DNA of 64,000 nt from Eledone cirrhosa (GCA_964016885.1 OZ024761.1:5456001-5520000), one strand, 5' to 3'. Positions 1 through 13,134 are shown, numbered from the stretch's first letter. Notes: a model not told the origin generated them from the letters alone. Numbers and translations are program-made.

Positions 1-756
1 AAGGGCCATAACTCTGCGCTGCAAAGCATGGTGTCTGACACTCTACCGATTCCTCCAAGCCACCAGTGCCGTCTATAATGACGCCAATAGTGTTGATTGT
101 ATTTCATATTGGGTGGTCAGGGTTGGTATGTCATATATACCAGGATTACTGAATATATGAACTGTCATAGAAACTGGGGAATTTTAATAAGTTACTGGTT
201 TGCATAAGAGAAACCCTATAGTTTATGTAAATTAGTAACACACGGAAGAGATTCAAGTCAAGAATGATATTTTAGGAATTTATTTCTAGGACGTAATTCC
301 ATAAATGGTCAGTGTGTGTGTGTGTGTATATATATGTGTGTGTGTGTGTGTATATGCGTCTGTGTGTGTATATATATATATATATATGTGTGTGGGTATG
401 TGTATGTGTGTTTGTGTATATGTGTGTGTGTATAGATATGTGTATGTGTATATATAATATATATATATATTATGTGTGTGTGTACTTATGCGTGTATGTG
501 TATATATATGTATGTGTATGTATATGCGTCTGTCTGTATGTATAGATGTGTGTATATGCGTGTGTGTGTGTGTGAGTGTGTATATGTGTGTGTGTGTGTG
601 AGTGTGTATATGTGTGTTTGTGTATATGTGTGTGTGTGTGTATGTGCGTCCATATATCTGAATCTGTGTGTACATGTATTTTTTCCATTATTTTAATTCA
701 GCCTCACTTTCATTTTTAATAGATTTTCATTTCAAATCTTATATCCATAACATAAC

Positions 757-830
757 TATTTCATCTGATGAGCGTACTGGACATTTCTGTCAGGATCGTC
801 TAGTTTCCTGAAACCTTTGGTAATGGAATA
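757..830 (+). ncRNA. Type I hammerhead ribozyme motif (family H2)
   Basis: Stem I TATTTCAT/ATGGAATA, CTGATGA at 765-771, stem II containing ACTGGAC/GTCTAGT, GAAA at 810-813, stem III CC-TTT-GG, GUA cleavage triplet. Confidence 0.7.
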
Positions 831-1048
831 ATTATATTGTGTTGTTTATTATGTAATTAAATAGCTCTGTATTATATATAGAGCACTCTTCTTTCCTTTA
901 CCTTTTCTACTGAAATATAACACACACACACAAATATATATATATATATATATATATACAAATGAATATATGGATAAAACACTAATACAAGTATATAAGT
1001 GTTTGTATTGCAAATGACCAAGTTAGCTAGAGTGGGTAATAGGAAAAT

Positions 1049-1117
1049 GTATGACCCCGACGGCAGAGCTCAAGCCGTTTCGACGGCTATTTCTGGACTC
1101 TTCAGTCGGAGTCATAC
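1049..1117 (-). ncRNA. Type I hammerhead-like motif (family H5)
   Basis: Minus strand reads GTATGACTCC-GA-CTGAAGA-...-GAAA-CGGC(TTGAGCTCT)GCCG-TC-GGGGTCATAC. GUC triplet and 10-bp stem I, but there is a 2-nt GA insert before the CUGA box and stem II is weak. Confidence 0.55.
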
Positions 1118-1133
1118 ATTTTTCTATATATAT

Positions 1134-1607
1134 ATCATCATCATCATCATCATCATCAGGTTTAGCGTCCGTGTTCCACGCTTGCATGGGTTTGGACGGG
1201 GGTTTTTCCCACTTGAGGCAAGAGTGGTTGTCTTGCTCGCATAGGACTGTCTGGCGGTTTTCTACAGCTGGATGCCCTTCCTAACACCAACCACATTTAC
1301 AGTGTGGGGCTGGGAGGTTTTTACCGTGTTGCCTACACGGCCACATTACAGCGTGGACTGTCTGGCGGGTTTTCTACAGCTGGATGCCCTTCCTAACACC
1401 AACCACATTTACAGTGTGGGGCTGGGAGGTTTTTACCGTGTTGCCTACACGGCCACATTACAGCGTGGACTGTCTGGCGGGTTTTCTACAGCTGGATGCC
1501 CTTCCTAACACCAACCACATTTACAGTGTGGGGCTGGGAGGTTTTTACCGTGTTGCCTACACGGCCACATTTACAGCGTGGACTGTGTGTTTTTTTATCG
1601 TGACACC
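1134..1607 (-). mobile_element. RTE-type LINE 3' UTR/tail fragment with internal 112-bp triplication
   Basis: Reverse complement ends in (GAT)n and matches the sequence downstream of the RTE-like ORF end at about 19020-19386; GCTGGATGCCCTTCCTAACACCAACC recurs every ~112 bp. Confidence 0.7.
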
Positions 1608-1749
1608 TACATATATATATATACACACACTTGCATAGAAGTATCCATGATCCCCAACAGACAACTGACGAAGAACATTTTCTCCCGTTCTTGCTTTCCT
1701 CTTATTTATAAGTACACCTTATCCAGCATCTACACAGTCCCTGTTTCTT

Positions 1750-1781
<32 letters not shown>

Positions 1782-1784
<3 letters not shown>

Positions 1785-2366
1785 TTGAAGATTACAAGTA
1801 TCTTGGCTCATATATCTCCTCCTCCAAAAAAGATTTTCTAACCAGGAAGGGTATGGCATGGTCAGCGTGCAATGACATGCACGCCATATGGACATCTCAA
1901 CTTACCAACAAGCTAAAACTGGAAATATTCCAAGCAACCATTAAGCCCATATTACTTTATGGATCCGAAACTTGGACACTAACATCACAACTTGAGAGGA
2001 GATTGGATGGCACATATACCCACCTCTTAATGAGAGTGCAAAACCTATCCTGGAAACGACATCCCACCTTGTCTAAAATCTATGGCAAACTCCCTCGAGC
2101 CTCTGCCTTTCTAAAAATCCCGGAGAGCTCAATTTGCTGGCCACTGTCACCGTGCCAGCAATGAAATCATATCCGCTCTCTTGCTCTGGAACCCTGACTC
2201 CAGCCTGACTAGGAGTAGGAAGCTGTCATTCCCTGACGTTATCTCTAGGGATACGGGAATCAGTAGACAGGACCTGGGGGCAGCGATGGGGGGACAGGGA
2301 ATTCTGGGGCATGAGAGTGAGATCCATCATCTCGACAGTAGTCGACGAGTGATGAGTGATGATGAT
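1782..2366 (+). mobile_element. 5'-truncated RTE-like LINE, reverse transcriptase C-terminus (frameshifted)
   Basis: Translates as VEDYKYLGSYI..RKGMAWSAC..PILLYGSETWTLT..RRLDGTY and, after a frameshift, RRAQFAGHCHR; ends in a GAT-repeat tail. Confidence 0.85.
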
Positions 2367-2455
2367 ATATATATATATATATATATTGAATTAATGAAAC
2401 GTAATCTTGGTATGTTTATATACATTTTTTCTTCTAACTTTAATTTTATACCTAA

Positions 2456-3498
2456 CTAGCAGTAAAGCCCGGCGTTGCTCGGGGTCGCTCAGTAGCTGTG
2501 TTAAAGTTACAATGTTAAGTTTCTTTTTTGGCTTAAAAACTGTAGTGTCTACTGTGCAGACTTGCATGTGGTGTTTTTTGATTAATATTCCCTCAACCAA
2601 CAATATGCCTTATGAAGTTAAGAAAACATAACGATAACCCGAATGTTATAACAAAAGAGGATGCTGGGGATAAAAAACTGCACTGGTTATTTATTAACAA
2701 AGATCGAAAATGTAAACACTGCAACGCAGAGAAAAACATTAGCGTAACCCAAATTATCAGTTATGTCTGTCTGCACGCCTATATCACCTCTCTGCACGAC
2801 TGTCTGTCTGCACGCCTATATCACCTCTCTGCACGACTGTCTGTCTGCACGCCTATATCACCTCTCTGCACGACTGTCTGTCTGCACGCCTATATCACCT
2901 CTCTGCACGACTGTCTGTCTGCACGCGTATATCACCTCTCTGCACGACTGTCTGTCTGCACGACTGTCTGTCTGCACGCCTAACGAAATTTACAGATACA
3001 TATATTTTAAATAAACTTATATAATTTTTGCTTTTTTTTACGAAATATTTGCTTGTTTTTACGTAGTCTTTAAATAGACTTGTTTTCAAGTAAAAATATT
3101 GTTTTAAAATGCTTTTAAATGGAAATGAAGCAAAACGGAAGCTTAGTGTTCGAACTGATGAATTTTGCAGGTCAATATTTTGCTGGCTCGACAACTGTTC
3201 GTGTATTGTGTTAATGTCATTTTAAACGCTGAGAAAGCCAGCGTAATTTTTTACGTAAGACGCTCAATGTAAACAGAACAAAGGGAAATAACTGATAACT
3301 TACGCTCAAAAATCGATACATTATATTCGATTTCGTCACATAGGGTGGGTCAATTTGAAATATTTTTTTTCCGATGTCTTCGCTAGGGCTCAATGTATAA
3401 GTATAGCAATTTCGGTGCAATTCCGTCAGAGATTCTAAGAGGAGATGTGTGCCAAAAATCGATAGACAGACAGACAACCACAGTTTTATATATATAGA
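2456..3498 (-). mobile_element. Non-autonomous Helitron (family A), copy 1
   Basis: Minus strand starts TCTATATATATAAAAC and ends with a CCCGAGCAACGCCGGG hairpin followed by CTAG; inserted between A and T; near-identical copy at 26599-27452; internal 37-bp tandem array. Confidence 0.85.
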
Positions 3499-3738
3499 TA
3501 GATTGTGTATGGTTGACGATATATTTAATCGATTTCAACGTGCTATTGAAATGCTGGGTAAATATTCTATAGCTGTTGATCGCGAATAGATGGCTGTTGT
3601 TTATTTATCTATTATTTCTTCATAGATGTCTTTTAATCTTATAGCCTGGTTTAATTGGTTTTTTTGTGTGGTAGATTATGCTGATTGGGAGAGGAGATGG
3701 TGTATATATTTTATCTAATGATTCTATGGACATACTTT

Positions 3739-3790
<52 letters not shown>

Positions 3791-3823
3791 CTCTGAATTT
3801 TAGCGACTACCCCGCCCCCACCT

Positions 3824-3857
<34 letters not shown>

Positions 3858-4069
3858 CAGCAGCCATCATAGTCATCATCTCAATACTGTGAGTCAACCA
3901 CAATAGCTGAGGTCTGCTGTATGATGGCAGCAGCAGACTTATTGAAACTTTTGAAGACTGTGAAAGACTTACTACTAACACCACCACCACCACCACTACT
4001 AACACCACTACCACCACCACCACCACCACCACTACTAACACCACCACCACCACCACTACTACCACCACC

Positions 4070-4269
4070 NNNNNNNNNNNNNNNNNNNNNNNNNNNNNNN
4101 NNNNNNNNNNNNNNNNNNNNNNNNNNNNNNNNNNNNNNNNNNNNNNNNNNNNNNNNNNNNNNNNNNNNNNNNNNNNNNNNNNNNNNNNNNNNNNNNNNNN
4201 NNNNNNNNNNNNNNNNNNNNNNNNNNNNNNNNNNNNNNNNNNNNNNNNNNNNNNNNNNNNNNNNNNNNN
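4070..4269. other. Assembly gap
   Basis: 200 N. Confidence 1.
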
Positions 4270-5195
4270 ATATCTGGTATGTATATATATATATAGTAAA
4301 AACAAATGTGGGGAACAGTGTGAATAAAGTTATTTATTTAATGTGTATGTGTGTCTACATACATACGCATACACTGATTGTGTCTACACACACACACACA
4401 CATACACAGTGGCTGTGTCTACATACAAACACACATACATAGTGACTGTGTCTACACACAGCCATACATACACAGTGACTACATACACACACACACACAA
4501 ACACAGTCTTTATCCTCTGTTGACCTGCGTGTGTATGTGTGTGTATGTATGCATGTCACATGGTCGGGTCGTCGGCGACTAAACCGGCAACCCCACCAAG
4601 TTTACTTGGTGAGGAGGGTGATTTTGGACACCCTGCAGGACAAAAAACAAAACCTGACAAAGGGCGGAAGAACTCATAAGAGTCAACGGCCATCCGAAAG
4701 TGTGTAAATATATACACATGTACATATGTATGTATATGTATATGTGTATATACATGGGTGCATGTGTATGTATATGCGCGGGGACATAGAAATAATCGGG
4801 CTGAATACCCAATCGTGCGGTTAAACCACTGGGAGTAAAGGACCCTAGCCTTTGTCAGGGCATTCTTCTAGAAGGCAACTCAGGAAACTGGGATAACTCT
4901 GACATAAAACCTGCGGCTCAGTAGTTACTGATGTTGTTGATCTTTTCTTCTTTTAGAGTTATAGCTACTGTAGCTCAGAGAGTGGGATTGGCTCAGTGCA
5001 CAGTCTTTCCTCACTTTCCCCACAAAATATCTTCACGCACAGGCATTGCACGATAGAATTAATTAATAATTATTAATAATGGTATATCGTGCAATGGTCA
5101 TACTCGATAACGAGGGGGCAGCCATCATGTATGTGGAAAGTCAATTAAAGATGATAGTGTTGGTCAATCAATGAATGACCAACACTATTAATGGA

Positions 5196-6192
5196 GGTAC
5201 TCCGTCGGTTACGACGACGAGTGTTCCAGTTGATCCGATCAATGGAACAGCCTGCTTGTGAAATTAACGTGCAAGTGGCTGAGCATTCCACAGACACACA
5301 TACCCTTTACGTAGTTCTCAGGGAGATTCAGTGTGACACACAGTGACAAGGCTGTCCCTTCGAATTACAGGTACCACTTATTTTTGCCAGCTGAGTGGAC
5401 TGGAGCAACGTGAAATAAAGTGTCTTGTTCAAGGACACAGGGGACTGGAGCAACGTGAAATAAAGTGTCTTGCTGAAGGACACAGTGGACTGGAGCAACG
5501 TGAAATAAAGTGACTTGCTGAAGGACACAGTGGACTGGAGCAACGTGAAATAAAGTGTCTTGCTGAAGGACACAGTGTACTGGAGCAACGTGAAATAAAG
5601 TGTCTTGCTCAAGGATGCAGTGGACTGGAGCAACGTGAAATAAAGTATCTTGCTCAAGGACACAGTGGATTGGAACAACGTGAAATAAAGTGTCTTGCTC
5701 AAGGACACAGTGGACTGGAGCAACGTGAAATAAAGTGTCTTGCTGAAGGTCACAGTGGATTGGAACAACGTGAAATAAAGTGTCTTGCTCAAGGACACAG
5801 TGGACTGGAGCAACGTGAAATAAAGTGTCTTGCTGAAGGACACAGTGTACTGGAGCAACGTGAAATAAAGTGTCTTGCTCAAGGATGCAGTTGACTGGAG
5901 CAACGTGAAATAAAGTGTCTTGCTCAAGGACACAGTGGATTGGAACAACATGAAATAAAGTGTCTTGCTCAAGGATACAGTGGACCGGAGAAACGTGAGA
6001 TTTAGTGCCTTGCTGAAGGACACAGTGGACTGGAGCAATGTGAGATAAAATGTCTTGCTGAAGGACACAGTGGACTGGAGCAACGTGAAATAAAATGTCT
6101 TGCTGAAGGACACCACGTGCCACCAGGAATTGAACTCAAGACCTTATTGTTGTGAGCCGAATACCCTAACCACAAAGCCACGCCCCTTCACA
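5196..6192 (-). mobile_element. tRNA-derived SINE with CORE-like central domain, internally expanded
   Basis: Minus-strand A box TGGCTTTGTGG and B box GAGTTCAATTCC, followed by a CCTTGAGCAAGACACTT-type central motif that resembles the MIR/CORE consensus. Confidence 0.8.
5394..6112. repeat. 45-bp tandem array (~16 copies) of the SINE central domain
   Basis: Unit GTGGACTGGAGCAACGTGAAATAAAGTGTCTTGCTCAAGGACACA. Confidence 0.95.
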
Positions 6193-6719
6193 ACACCATT
6201 TTTAGATTGATAGTTTCGTATATACTAGGGTGGTAGACTTACATGGTTTGGTGGTTCTTGGGTGATACAGGCCTACCAACCTATAAAAACTCAAACGTGG
6301 GGTACCATGAAACAAGTGCCCCCAAAACAGGGAGAAATGATGCAAAATGGGGAGAGTTTACATAATGAAAGTTATAGCCATTTTCACAAGAGAACACATC
6401 TCTCACCCACCCCAGAGTGGGGGATCTCTCTGTCGGACGGGGTAGAGTTGACAGATCTGTAGATATCACCCACTAGGGTGGCAGACCTAATCTCTTTAAC
6501 ACTACTACCCGGCTCTTGGGTGGCTTTGTGAGAATACATTTTGTTAAAACACACAAAGGCCTAGTAGTAGTAGTGGTGGTGGTGGTGGTGGTGGTAGTAG
6601 TAGTGGTGGTAGTAATAGTAGTAGTAGTGGTAGTAGAGCAACTACGACTAAATAAAAAAAGAAGGAACCGATCGACTAGATCCGACCACATTCGCTGAGT
6701 GGGGTTGGGTGGGGGTGGA

Positions 6720-6893
6720 ACTCGTCAAAGCGGACCAGGGAGAGAATGTTTCCATCGGTCTTTCAATTACTTATACTATCTACCAGTCGTGGAATAAAGC
6801 GTCTTTCTCAAGGACATGATGCATCACCCAGTCCGAGAATCGAACTCAGGACCTCACGACTGCGAATCAAATTCTCTACCCACTAAGCCACGA
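6720..6893 (-). mobile_element. tRNA-derived SINE, degenerate
   Basis: Minus-strand TGGCTTAGTGG and GAGTTCGATTCT boxes; tail shared with 19455-19662 and 34660-34855. Confidence 0.65.
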
Positions 6894-7524
6894 AGAGAGA
6901 AAACGATGTCAACTGGAGGAGATAGGAACAAAGTCTCCGTCAAAACAATATAGTAAATCAAATTTAAATTTTGAAGACGAAAACAATGTGTTATGGAGAA
7001 TGTTAAATTGCCAAGATAGCAACATTTAACGTTCCCAAATATTTTCGAGGTTAGAAACCCATTATCAAAGGGGTAACCCTGTGAGAGACTGAAACATCGA
7101 TCGGATAGACTTGCTAGTTTGGAGCAGATTTAAGTAGATACAGTAGATAATGAGAAAGTTGGTTTCACGACGACATAGTTTCATCTTCCACCCAACTTCG
7201 GATTTGTTCGTCATACGAGAAAGATCAGACGAATCTTTCACGACATTCTATTGGAAGGTTAAAATTTGAATATGTATAACTTAGGGAAAGGTTTTGTATA
7301 TTAGAAAACCAGGGGCTTGGTGTCAGACAGGTTCCTGTCAAAAGGGTTCATAAAAAAACCCCAATAATTTTACCTGTTCTTTTTTTGTTGTTCTCTTAGT
7401 TTCCTTGTCAAACTGCCTCTATTCCTGTCATCACATCACTCCGATCGATCTGAACCACACCTTTTACTTGTTCCCACACTGCTGAGGTGGGGTGGCTGTT
7501 ACAGCGGTTGTCTGGGGTGGCTGT

Positions 7525-8525
7525 TGTAGTACCCTCTTCTAAACACAATTGTAGGTTTCATGTGTTTAGTACATCCTTCTAAACACAGTAGTGTGTAGGT
7601 TTGACGTGTTTAGTACACCCTTCTAAACACAGTAGTGTAGGTTTCATGTGTTTAGTACACCCTTCTAAACACAGTAGTGTGTAGGTTTGATGTGTTTAAT
7701 ACCCCCTTTTAAACACAGTACTGTGTAGGTTTGATGTGTTTAGTACATCCTTCTAAACACAGTAGTGTGTAGGTTTGATGTGTTTAGTACACCCTTCTAA
7801 ACACAGTACTGTGTAGGTTTGATGTGTTTAGTACCCTCTTTTAAACACAGTACTGTGTAGGTTTGATGTGTTTAGTACACCCTTCTAAACACAGTAGTCT
7901 GTAGGTTTGATGTGTTTAATACCCCCCTTCTAAACACAGTAGTGTGTAGGTTTGATGTGTTTAATACCCCCTTCTAAACACAGTACTGTGTAGGTTTGAT
8001 GTGTTTAGTACACACTTCTAAACACAGTAGTGTGTAGGTTTGATGTGTTTAGTACACCCTTCTAAACACAGTAGTGTGTAGGTTTGATGTGTTTAGTACC
8101 CTCTTTTAAACACAGTACTGTGTAGGTTTGATATGTTTAGTACACTCTTCTAAACACAGTAGTAGGTTTGATGTGTTTAGTCCCCCCTTCTAAACACAGT
8201 AGTGGGTAGTTTGATGTGTTTAGTACCCCCTTCTAAACAGAACTGTGTAGGTTTGATGTGTTTAGTCCCCTCTTCTAAACACAGTAGTGGGTAGTTTGAT
8301 GTGTTTAATGCCCTCTTCTAAACAGTAGTGGGTAGTTTGATGTGTTTAGTACCCTCCTCTTCTAAATACAGTAGTAGGTTTGATGTGTTTAGTACACCCT
8401 TCTAAACTGTATGGTGTAGGTTTGATGTGTTTAGTCCCCTCTTCTAAACACAGTAGTGGGTAGTTTGATGTGTTAGTACACCTTTCTAAACAGTAGGATG
8501 TAGGTTTGATGTGTTTAGTACCCGC
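7525..8525. repeat. ~44-bp minisatellite (~23 copies) with an internal inverted repeat
   Basis: Unit TGTGTTTAGTACACCCTTCTAAACACAGTAGTGTGTAGGTTTGA; TGTGTTTAG pairs with CTAAACACA. Confidence 0.95.
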
Positions 8526-8999
8526 TTCTCCTCATTCAAGCAGGTTGTGATGACTCTTTGAACACCACGACCAAACTGAACAAGGACAAGCAAGACTTAC
8601 AATAGAAACAGGTTCGGTTCTCCTTCCTCCTCACTCCCTCCTCGTACACACCACCGCCACCATCGTAACGGACTGTTTCTGTTGATACTAGAGGAAGTTG
8701 GTAACACTCTGTTGATGGGTGATAGTGGGAGTAGGTAACACTGTTGTTGTTGATATTACTGGCCTGTAGCTGGCGGTGGTGGTGGTGATGGAGAACGGCC
8801 TGTAGGTGGTGGTGGTGGTGGAGAACGGCCTGTCGCTGGTGGTGATGGTGGTGGGTACTAAGATAAGATATCCTGCCTCTGTTGCTATGACTACGGGCTG
8901 CTGCTTCTGCCAAGTGATGACAGTAAGGTTTTCATTTCAACATCAAGGGTTGGTTTAAGTACATTTTTTTGTAAGTTCAGCGACATGGTGAGGAAGGTG

Positions 9000-9848
9000 G
9001 TATTGGTGGTGGTGGGGATGGTGGTAGTTAGTGTAGTAGTGGTGGTGTTGGTGGTAGTTAGTGTAGCAGTAGTGGTGATGGTGGTAGTTAGTGTAGTAGT
9101 GGTGGTGGTGGTGATGGTGGTAGTTAGTGTAGCAGTAGTGTAGCAGTAGTGGTGATGGTGGTAGTTAGTGTAGTAGTGGTGGTGGTGGTGATGGTGGTAG
9201 TTAGTGTAGCAGTAGTGGTGATGGTGGTAGTTAGTGTAGCAGTAGTAGTGGTGGTGTTGGTGGTAGTTAGTGTAGCAGTAGTGGTGATGGTGGTAGTTAG
9301 TGTAGTAGTGGTGGTGGTGGTGATGGTGGTAGTTAGTGTAGCAGTAGTGGTGATGGTGGTAGTTAGTGTAGTAGTGGTGGTGGTGGTGATGGTGGTAGTT
9401 AGTGTAGCAGTAGTAGTGGTGGTGATGGTGGTAGTTAGTGTAGTAGTGGTGGTAGTTAGTGTAGCAGTAGTAGTGGTGGTGGTGGTGATGGTGGTAGTTA
9501 ATGTAGCAGTAGAAGTGGTGGTAGTGGTGGTGGTAGTTAGTGTAGCAGTAGTGGTGGTGGTGATGGTGATGGTGGTAGTTAGTGTAGCAGTAGTAGTGGT
9601 GGTGGTGGTAGTTAATGTAGCAGTAGTAGTGGTGGTGATGGTGGTAGTTAGTATAGCAGTAGTAGTGGTGGTGATGGTGATAGTTAGTGTAGCAGTAGTG
9701 GTGGTGGTGATGGTGGTAGTTAGTATAGCAGTAGTAGTGGTGGTGATGGTGATAGTTAGTCTAGTAGTGGTGGTGGTGGTGATGGTGGTAGTTAGTGTAG
9801 CAGTAGTAGTGGTGGTAGTGGTGGTGGTAATTAGTGTAGCAGTAGTAT
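9000..9848. repeat. Compound (GGT/AGT)n minisatellite
   Basis: GGTAGTTAGTGTAGCAGTAGT units with variable GGT runs. Confidence 0.9.
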
Positions 9849-9973
9849 ATACAAAACTTTTATAGTAGTGTTGTGGTTGTGGCGGTGAAAGAGAGAGAGA
9901 GAGAGAGATGTTAAGTGGGACTAAGTGGATAGACGCCACCTTTTGAGGCTCAGGTCACAGTTGGCGCCATTAG

Positions 9974-10016
<43 letters not shown>

Positions 10017-10090
10017 TGTGTGTATATATATATCTATGACATGTTTATGTATGTGTGTGTGTATATATATGTATATGACAGGTTCATGTA

Positions 10091-10135
<45 letters not shown>

Positions 10136-10149
10136 ATGACAGGTTTATC

Positions 10150-10194
<45 letters not shown>

Positions 10195-10208
10195 ATGACA
10201 GGTTTATC

Positions 10209-10248
<40 letters not shown>

Positions 10249-10405
10249 TAGCAGATTAAAGTTTAAGCAAAGAATCGCTGCTTTCACCTTTGCCTCAACA
10301 ATGGAGATGGGTAAATCTCCGGGTAACCAAATCAGGTGGTATTGAGCTGAGAGAAAGGAGGAAGCGTAGATAGAGACGTAGAGAGCGTTAAAGATCGTAA
10401 AAAAA

Positions 10406-10757
10406 GGTTGTCTCCCGGTATTCGCGGGGGTTAGGCTCCAAGAGCACCCGCGAATAGTAAAAAAAAAAAAAAAAAATCGCGAATACTGGACGTGGTGCAT
10501 AAAAATGCCTATAAACATCAAAATATGACGTAAAATATAATAAAAAAAAGAGGGGCATCCAATAGAGAGGCAAATACGGTATATCGTTGTTAATAATTTA
10601 GTGTTAAAAAATATATATTGCCACGAAAAAAGCCATAAAAAATCGCGGATGATATTTCCGATTCCGCGAATATGTGGTGGTTTCTGCGAATAATTATTAG
10701 TTAGGTTCTAAGGAAAATCCGCAAATAACTAGGACCGCGAATGTCGTGGGTACACTG
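10406..10757 (+). mobile_element. Tigger/pogo-like MITE
   Basis: Homologous to 15882-16239; right end CGAATGTCGTGGGTACACTG followed by TA. Confidence 0.65.
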
Positions 10758-10840
10758 TATGTATGTATATATATATATATATGAGATGTTACTAGTTAAA
10801 ACCAGAACATCCATTATTCAATTAATACTTAGGAGTGTAA

Positions 10841-10913
10841 ATATAAGAATGTCCTGCCCTACGGTTAAGCTTTTACGGTAAAAGCTTAACCGTAGGGCAG
10901 GACGTTCTTATAT
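10841..10913. repeat. Near-perfect fold-back palindrome (~35-bp arms)
   Basis: ATATAAGAATGTCCTGCCCTACGGTTAAGCTTTTA is followed by its reverse complement with one mismatch. Confidence 0.9.
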
Positions 10914-11362
10914 CTTCTTATAAGACATTGAGTAACTTGTTTGAAGGAGAGGCATTATGTGTGTGTCATTGTTGAAATGTCACTATGTGGAGTACGTATG
11001 TGTAGGTGTATGTATGCATTTATATATGTCTGTGTATGTATGCATGTATATATGTCTGTGTATGTATGCATTTATATATGTATGTGTATGTATGCATTTA
11101 TATATATATATATATATATATGTCTGTGTATGTATGCATTTATATATATATATATATATAAATGTATACATACACATACATATATACATGCATACATACA
11201 CAGACATATTATATATATATATATATATGTATGTGTATGTATTGCACGTATATACGTGAAGTGTATGTATGCATGTATATATGTATGTGTATGTATACAT
11301 TTATATATATATATATATATATAAATGCACACATACATATATAAATGCATACATACACAGAC

Positions 11363-11413
<51 letters not shown>

Positions 11414-11419
11414 ATATAT

Positions 11420-11533
<114 letters not shown>

Positions 11534-12007
11534 GCATACATACACATACATATATAAATGCATACATACACAGACATATATATATATATATATGTATGTG
11601 TATGTATTGCACGTATATACGTGAAGTGTATGTATGCATGTATATAGATATATATATGTGTGTGTGTGTGAGAGAGAGACTGAGGGCGGGTGGGTAATTT
11701 GATCTGTCTGACATTCCGGTATATGGAAGGCAAAGACTGAGGAGAAGGAAGACCTTATAAAAAAACCTATATCACTACAGACGGCTAAATGTTATGGCTA
11801 GGCCTGCTAGAAATAGCAGTCAAATCTCCCCTCAATCATACTCTGCTTGCTTTAAATATATAAGGATACGGTACCGCGGTATGGCAAGAGGTGAAGAAAG
11901 AACTTACCGAAAATCTACATTATCTACATTATCTACATTATCTAAAAATGTAGAACGGCAAATGTGGTGGATAGGCCTGTTAGAAATAGCAGTCAAATAT
12001 CCCTCAA

Positions 12008-12976
12008 CCCTTTAGCATTTAAACCGGCAATATCTGGCTAGAATTACCTCACCACTTTCTGTTCAAACCAGCTGAAACCGGCCACTCATACTGACGTAAA
12101 GTTAGTGTTCTCAAAATAAATAATATCAAAATCTCATGAATTCGATATTATATGAGGTAAAGCCTTTACTGTGAAAATACAATAGTATATATAGAGTAAT
12201 GTAAATGGTATGTGAGATATTATGTGAGGTAAAGCCTTTACTGTGAAAATACAATAGTATATATAGAGTAATGTAAATGTTATGTGAGATATTATGTGAG
12301 GTAAAGCCTTTACTGTGAAAATACAATAGTATATATAGAGTAATGTAAATGTTATGTGAGATATTATGTGAGGTAAAGCCTTTACTGTGAAAATACAATA
12401 GTATATATAGAGTAATGTAAATGTTATGTGAGATATTATGTGAGGTAAAGCCTTTACTGTGAAAATACAATAGTATATATAGAGTAATGTAAATGTTATG
12501 TGAGATATTATGTGAGGTAAAGCCTTGACTGTGAAAATACAATAGTATATATAGAGTAATGTAAATGTTATGTGAGATATTATGTGAGGTAAAGCCTTTA
12601 CTGTGAAAATACAATAGTATATATAGAGTAATGTAAATGTTATGTGAGATATTATTTGAGGTAAAGTCTTTACTGTAAAAATACAATAGTATATATAGAG
12701 TAATGTAAATGTTATGTGAGATATTATGTGAGGTAAAGCCTTTACTGTGAAAATACAATAGTATATATAGAGTAATGTAAATGTTATGTGAGATATTATG
12801 TGAGGTAAAGCCTTTACTGTGAAAATACAATAGTATATATAGAGTAATGTAAATGTTATGTGAGATATTATTTGAGGTAAAGTCTTTACTGTAAAAATAC
12901 AATAGTATATATAGAGTAATGTAAATGTTATGTGAAAATACAATTTTATATATAGAGTAATGTAAATGTTAAAGGG
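12008..12976 (+). mobile_element. piggyBac-like MITE with an internal 72-bp tandem array (~11 copies)
   Basis: TIR CCCTTTAGCATTTA / TAAATGTTAAAGGG; flanks TCAA and TTAA; related copy at 51340-51851. Confidence 0.75.
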
Positions 12977-13134
12977 TTAATTTACAGAGGAAACTATAAC
13001 AAGGCACGGTGACCCAACATGCTCCCATCCAAAGGTTGTAGACAGAGAAAAAGGGTTTGATTATAAACGTGTTTTGTTGGGGCTCTTATTTAATAAACAC
13101 GTCTAACTTCTCAGATGCGTACACACACACACGT

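Noticed and set aside
5328-6123. 250-260 aa repetitive ORFs
   Set aside because: Produced by the 45-bp SINE-derived array (a multiple of 3)
7525-8525. CRISPR-like palindromic repeats
   Set aside because: No unique spacers, no cas genes, eukaryotic context
12126-12943. 258/269 aa ORFs with 24-aa repeats
   Set aside because: 72-bp array inside a MITE
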